Shown here piece by piece: positions 58,345 to 64,000 of a stretch of 64,000 nucleotides of DNA. The DNA is from Salpingoeca rosetta (Eukaryota > Protista > Choanoflagellata): positions 535,148 to 599,147 of the forward strand of contig JAWQFM010000003.1 of NCBI GenBank assembly GCA_033442325.1, given 5' to 3'. The number at the start of each line of letters is the position of its first letter. Positions within the stretch are counted from its first letter, which is position 1. Under the pieces are notes generated by a model that worked only from the letters and a program-made list of their open reading frames with translations, searched no databases and was not told where the DNA came from. The position numbers and the translations under genes were made by a program.

Positions 58345-59272
58345 TGGAGTGTGTGTGTGTGATGGAGTGTGTGTGTGTGTGTGTGTGTGTGTGATGGATG
58401 TGATGTTGACGTACATGGCTGAGAACTCGGTGAGCGTCTCCACTGCTCGCTGTCTGCAACACGCAACGAGCACATGAACGGGACAGAGTGAGTGCAAGTG
58501 AATGCGTGCGTGTGTGTGTGTGTGTGTGCGCGCGCGCTGGTATGTGAGTGACCGCGTGCGCTCGCAGGCGCTCCTTTGTGTGTTGTGTGCCGTGTTTCAT
58601 GTGGCTGACCTGTTTCGCAACTCCCGTGAGATGTTGTTCTGCATCGCTGCCAGCATCCTGGAAGCACCAGAGCCAAGAACAACAGCACATGAGTCTCTTA
58701 ACCCAATTGTTACTGTCAGATGACACAGAGCACACCCCCAATGTTCCCCAACACAACCTGGTCGCATGCACGGGCGCATAGAGCCTGACATGAACGTACT
58801 GTGTCATCTGCTCGACTTTGCGTTCGTTCTCCGACAACAGCCGGCGTGCGTTCTCCCGCTCTGCGAAGAAGTGCAACCAGGAGACACGTGTATATGCGGA
58901 TATGTGTGTGAGTGCGTGCGTGCGGATATGTGTGAGTGCGTGCGTGTGCATGTGTGAGTGCTTGCGTGTGTATGTGTGCGTGTGTGCACGCGTCCCGTTT
59001 AGACAACACCAACCGAGCAAGCAAGCAAGCAAGCAAGTACGCAAGCAAGGGAGCACCTTTGTTGAATGCGAGCTTCTGCTTCACACGCTGCTGGGTTCGT
59101 TCCTGCTGTCGCTGACGCAGCCGTGACGACACCTGCGCACCGCACATGAGCATCGGCGCACATGAGTGTCACGTGAGCGATGGACAGAAGGGTACAGGTG
59201 CGCAGGGTGTGCACGAAGCACGGCGAGCGTCCACAGCTTGCAGCGTGGCACAGGCCAAGCAGTCCGCAACGC

Positions 59273-59345
<73 letters not shown>

Positions 59346-59963
59346 GACACCTTGTACACGTTGAAGACGATGATGCCGATGATGCCCAGGACGATGATGG
59401 CCGTCTGGGGTATCTTTCCTTTCGCTTGCCTGCCAAGGCGGGGAGGAGGATGATGAAGGAAGGTGATGATGAGTGCGTGGTCGAGCCATGTCCTCCTGTG
59501 CTTCTTGACTCACGCAGTGAACAACACACACACACATGCACGCATGCGCTCCCGTGTACCTTTGCTTGAGCTTGCGCATGGCTTCATCCACGCTTGCTTC
59601 GGACGACTCCTTGTCGCTTGTTGCGCCTTGAGCTCTTCCATCAGCGGTCTCGGCAGCAGGTCGCTCAGGTTCAGCTTCGGTACCAGCTTCAGCGTTGGCA
59701 GCAGCAGCAGCAGCAGCAGTGTCGCTGTACTTTGCTGCATCCTTAACGCTGGCGCTTGATGCACTCGCGCCACATGTTGCCCGGTCGTCCCCACCATCAG
59801 CACAGGTCTCTGCCTCCACGCCCTGGCTTGCCATCCCAGGCTGCTGCTGGCCTGGGGCGTGCTCCACCTTCACCACGTCATCGTCGTGGGCCCACGCCAC
59901 GCCACTGCCAACTACAGCGAGCCCCACCACGCCAACCACCACCAAGAACAGCACAGGACGCAT
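58137..59963 (-). CDS. Hypothetical single-pass type I membrane protein with a basic cytosolic coiled coil (7 exons)
   Basis: Signal peptide MRPVLFLVVVGVVGLAVVGSGVAWA; acidic low-complexity ectodomain; TM TAIIVLGIIGIIVFNVY; tail KVSSRLRQRQQERTQQRVKQKLAFNKERENARRLLSENERKVEQMTQMLAAMQNNISRELRNRQRAVETLTEFSAMRKRNAERETTFT*. All junctions are in-frame GT-AG. Confidence 0.78.
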
Positions 59964-60097
59964 GATCTTCGGTTGTCGTCGTTGCTGAACTGCTTTCGTT
60001 TCGTTTAATGAGTCAGTCAGATGACGAGAGGCGCCTTGTGTTGCCCTGACCTTGTATTGTGTTGTGTTGTGCTGTTGCCACGACATGACATCCAGCG

Positions 60098-62041
60098 TCA
60101 CGCCTTTGCCTTCTTGCTGGTCTTCTTCTTCTTCTTTGCATGCATGAGACAGTGCAGTGCTTCTTCGCCCAGAGTGCGCGCTTGTTCACGCGTGAGCTTG
60201 CTCACTGCCGCTGGAGTCACTGTGGCCAGCAGCACACACCCTTCCTCTCTCGTCCCTACTTTGGTCGCAATCGGCAGTGCGCTCACCTCACCACCACCGC
60301 CGCCGCCACCACCACCACCGCGGCCATCACCATCACCACCACTACGATTGCCCTCGCCTTGTGGCCGCACCCCACCGCCTGTCTTCGGCCCCGCCTTCGC
60401 GCTGCTGGCGGGCGGGGTGATGTCGAACACACGCACGCGGTCTGCACTGACGCCACCAAGCAGCGGCCGCGCCGCGTCCACCACATCCGCTGCAGGCGTG
60501 TTGGAAGGTAAGTACGGGGTGAGAAGGGCGTGTGGGGGGGGGGAGGTATGTTGGGGAAGATGAGGAAGGAGGTCGAGTCGATTGCATACACACGCGTGCG
60601 CACGCACATGATGCGCATGCACGTATACAACAAACAACCACACACACACACACACACGTGTGGCGACGTACCTAGGGACCTGTCGACGTGTGCAAAGCAG
60701 GGATGCACGTGCGTACAGTGCAGCTGTGATGCGATGCTGGTCAGCACCGACTCATCATCACCATCATCACCATCACCATCATTATCATCACCACCATCAC
60801 CATCACCACGTGCGTCTGGCTCTGCTGTGGCAATGGCGAGGAGGACGAGGCGCCGCTTCGCTGCCGGGATTCCCGCGCGAACCGGTTTTGCCAGGCCACG
60901 CGCTTTCATCAGCACAATCTTCGTGGACACGCTTGTGCGCGTCTTGAGTTTGCGCGCAGATACAGATGCCGCCTTGCGTTGAGCCTGCAATGCACACGCA
61001 CACGTATACACACGCATGCATACAGCCGGCGCGAGCACAAAGCAGCCGCGGGTTGAGTTCATTTGTGTGCATGTGTGCGAGCGTACAGGAGCACAGCGTC
61101 TCAAAGGGCACGCCGAGGGTGTGGCAATCTGCCACTGACGTCCATCGTATCCACGACAAGGACAGAGCACACACCTCCTGCTGCTGTTGCTTGACTTTGC
61201 GTGCGTGTTCCTTCTGTGCCCGTTGCATCTCTGCCTGCTTCTGCGCTTCCGCACAGCCATGCTGGTCTGGAAATCGGTGGCTGCAGTCAAGCAAAGGCAA
61301 CACACCAAGCATGAGAACAACGTTTGGCGACAGCTGAAGGATGTGGCAGCAGCCAGCGCACGACGAGGCCCGATCACATCACATCCCATCACACGCACAC
61401 GCGCGTATCAACATGATGGGACAGGCAACACCCGCACTCCAGCGCAAGAGATGAGAGGGAAAGCATGCAAACAAACAGAACGATGCCCGTGGCTCACCTC
61501 TCGCATAGCCTGAGCTTGCAGTGTGGGCAGAAGAAGCCTGCTGCCCGCGGTAGTTTGCACCCGCCCATGTCACACAGCTCCTGAGTGAACAATACATGGT
61601 GAACCACGCGGGGGGGGGGAGGTGTTGCAGATATGAATATCCGACGCAGGCAAGCACATGCAGGCTAACACACATGCAAACGAACACACATGCAGACGAA
61701 CACACATGCAGACGAACACACACACACACACACAGACACATACACACTCATTGGAGGTGTACCTGTGGCTGTAGCTTGGCTTGGCCTTGAGCTTGGGCCT
61801 GTGTTGGAGCACTTGCGACCGTAGCCGCACATTCGTGTGCCTCAGGCCTGGCATGGTGTTGACTACGCAACAGCACGAAAAGAAGGTGGCGGTGAGGCGT
61901 TTGCGAAAGCAGACAAGGCAGCAGACAAGGCAGACAAGGCGCCGCTTGTGGTGCAAAGCACGATGAAACACTACAACTGAGGTTGGCACTGCACACCAGA
62001 ATGTGTGGCCGCATTGCTGGCACACGATGGGCAAAAAGTCT

Positions 62042-62042
<1 letters not shown>
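60098..62042 (-). CDS. ZFAND1: AN1-type zinc finger protein ZFAND1/Cuz1-like; the first exon is probably in the gap
   Basis: DFLPIVCQQCGHTFC..HARPEAHEC (AN1 finger 1) and CDMGGCKLPRAAGFFCPHCKLRLCESHRFPDQHGC (AN1 finger 2), then KIVLMKARGLA..GIPAAKRRLVLL, which resembles the ZFAND1 C-terminal region. TGA at 60098-60100. Confidence 0.8.
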
Positions 62043-62088
<46 letters not shown>

Positions 62089-62595
62089 NNNNNNNNNNNN
62101 NNNNNNNNNNNNNNNNNNNNNNNNNNNNNNNNNNNNNNNNNNNNNNNNNNNNNNNNNNNNNNNNNNNNNNNNNNNNNNNNNNNNNNNNNNNNNNNNNNNN
62201 NNNNNNNNNNNNNNNNNNNNNNNNNNNNNNNNNNNNNNNNNNNNNNNNNNNNNNNNNNNNNNNNNNNNNNNNNNNNNNNNNNNNNNNNNNNNNNNNNNNN
62301 NNNNNNNNNNNNNNNNNNNNNNNNNNNNNNNNNNNNNNNNNNNNNNNNNNNNNNNNNNNNNNNNNNNNNNNNNNNNNNNNNNNNNNNNNNNNNNNNNNNN
62401 NNNNNNNNNNNNNNNNNNNNNNNNNNNNNNNNNNNNNNNNNNNNNNNNNNNNNNNNNNNNNNNNNNNNNNNNNNNNNNNNNNNNNNNNNNNNNNNNNNNN
62501 NNNNNNNNNNNNNNNNNNNNNNNNNNNNNNNNNNNNNNNNNNNNNNNNNNNNNNNNNNNNNNNNNNNNNNNNNNNNNNNNNNNNNNNNNNNNNNT
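62089..62595. other. Assembly gap (about 507 N) next to a (GA)n tract
   Basis: Run of N. Confidence 1.
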
Positions 62596-63383
62596 TCTCC
62601 TTCTCCTGAGCTCCTGTCGCGTCGATTGGAAAATGAACAAGTGAGAGAGCTAGAGAGAGAGTGTGTGTGTGTGGTGCTTTGCGTGTGTTGTTCTGTTGAT
62701 GTGAGTGCTAAGTTACTGAGTGAGTTGCGGGGGCGTGGGTGTCAGTTGCCACAACTGGAAAGTCGCCCACAAAGTGCCACACCCACACGTCCAAATAAGC
62801 ATCTAACACAAAAAAAAAACACACACACAAAACGGAAACACTTCTTTCGCCTCTAACTTTCGTCAACAATGAAATGGTTTTTGTGTGGACCAGTTGAAAA
62901 AGGTTCCCGCCCACCACCCTCCGCCGTTTGACGTGTAAACGCACTCACATTCGAGCTCATCCCCTTCTTGACCCCCACCTTTGAACATCATCAAACTGCA
63001 CACTTTTGAGTTGAGCCAGCAGGTCAGTGCTGTTGGTGTGTGTGAGTGTGTGTGTGTGTGTGTGTGTGTCTGTGCGTGTGTGTGTGTGTCACTCACTCAC
63101 TCACTCTCCTCCGCTCTCTCACACTCACTCTCCTTCACTCCCACACACTCTCTCACACTCACTCTCACTCTCACTCGCTCTCTCACTCACTCTCTGTCTC
63201 TCACTCACTCACTCACTCACACAAACACACTCACTCTCTGTCACACACACACACACTCTCTCTCTGCCCCTGTGCACGCACACCTGTCTCTGCCACTGTC
63301 CTCGTGCCTCACCTCCTCCGCACTGTCAACATTGGAATCTCTGCCCATACTAACTGCGTGCGTTTGCATGCTCTCTTCTGCAG

Positions 63384-64000
63384 GGCAGTGATCTCTGTTC
63401 TCATGACGATGCAGCGAACTGCAGAGGCGGCACACCAAGCAACCCAGCGGCGCATCTCGCAGATGCTCTAGCAGGCATATGTGAACTTGAAACCGGGAAC
63501 CATGTTCAAGAGCAAGGATGGCGTGTTACGTGCTGTCACAGCCGTCGCTGTGTTCCATGGATGCAACCACTATGTGAGTGCCTTACCTCGGTGCATGCGT
63601 ATGCGCCCACGTCCTGTGTTTGTACGTGCTTGCATGCAAGCAAGGAAGCACGCGCGTCCACTCACTCTGTCTGCCTTTCTGTCTCTCTCTATACTCACAC
63701 ACACCACACACACTCACTCTCATTCTCTGTCTCTCTGTCGCTCTGTTTCTCCTGTCACTCACTCTCTCACTCAATAACTCTCTCCCACACACACGCTCAC
63801 TCTGTCTCTGTCGCTCTCCCACATACACACACACTTTCTCTCTATCACCCTCTCACCCACACACTCTCTGTCTGTCTCTCTCTCCCACACACACTCTCTC
63901 CGTCTACAATTCTCCTTCATCCCCTCTTCTTTTCTCTTCCATGCACGCAGGTGTACGCTTCGGACACTTTCGCCATTCGTGTCATCTGCAGCAACGAGAA
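63384..64000 (+). CDS. Possible 5' exons of a gene continuing beyond the window (reading frame ambiguous)
   Basis: Acceptor near 63383, GTGAGT donor at 63574, pyrimidine-rich intron and acceptor at 63950. Two frames stay open, so no product can be assigned. Confidence 0.35.

Noticed and set aside
61080-61140. VADCHTLGVPFETLCSC as part of an AN1 finger
   Set aside because: It lies in the intron after the second finger, which is already complete

Overview
Eukaryotic, gene-dense and intron-rich genomic DNA. Introns are GT-AG and packed with (CA)n/(GT)n microsatellites, and coding regions carry poly-Q/N/D tracts. This style strongly suggests a choanoflagellate such as Salpingoeca rosetta (inferred from composition and gene content, not from a database match). 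Most ORF-track entries are microsatellite artefacts, so I rebuilt genes by hand from splice sites. About 13 protein-coding genes: a small PH-domain protein (-); an intronless type II membrane protein with three glycosyltransferase-like domains (+); cohesin subunit SA/STAG/Scc3 (-); a Q-rich protein whose spliced C-terminus forms an 8-Cys module resembling a nuclear-receptor DNA-binding domain (+); an RNF13/RNF167-like PA-TM-RING ligase (-); two tandem multi-EF-hand paralogues, one with a coiled coil and a Cys-less GAR microtubule-binding domain (-); an anoctamin/TMEM16 (-); an intronless unknown protein (+); a two-domain Gal-3-O-sulfotransferase-like protein (-); BUD13 (+); an unknown type I membrane protein (-); and a ZFAND1-like AN1 zinc-finger protein (-). 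There is also a possible gene start at the right edge and two assembly gaps. The top leads are the nuclear-receptor-like zinc module, the EF-hand/GAR protein with its gene-converted paralogue, and the two multi-domain glycan-modifying enzymes that each carry a degenerate catalytic domain.
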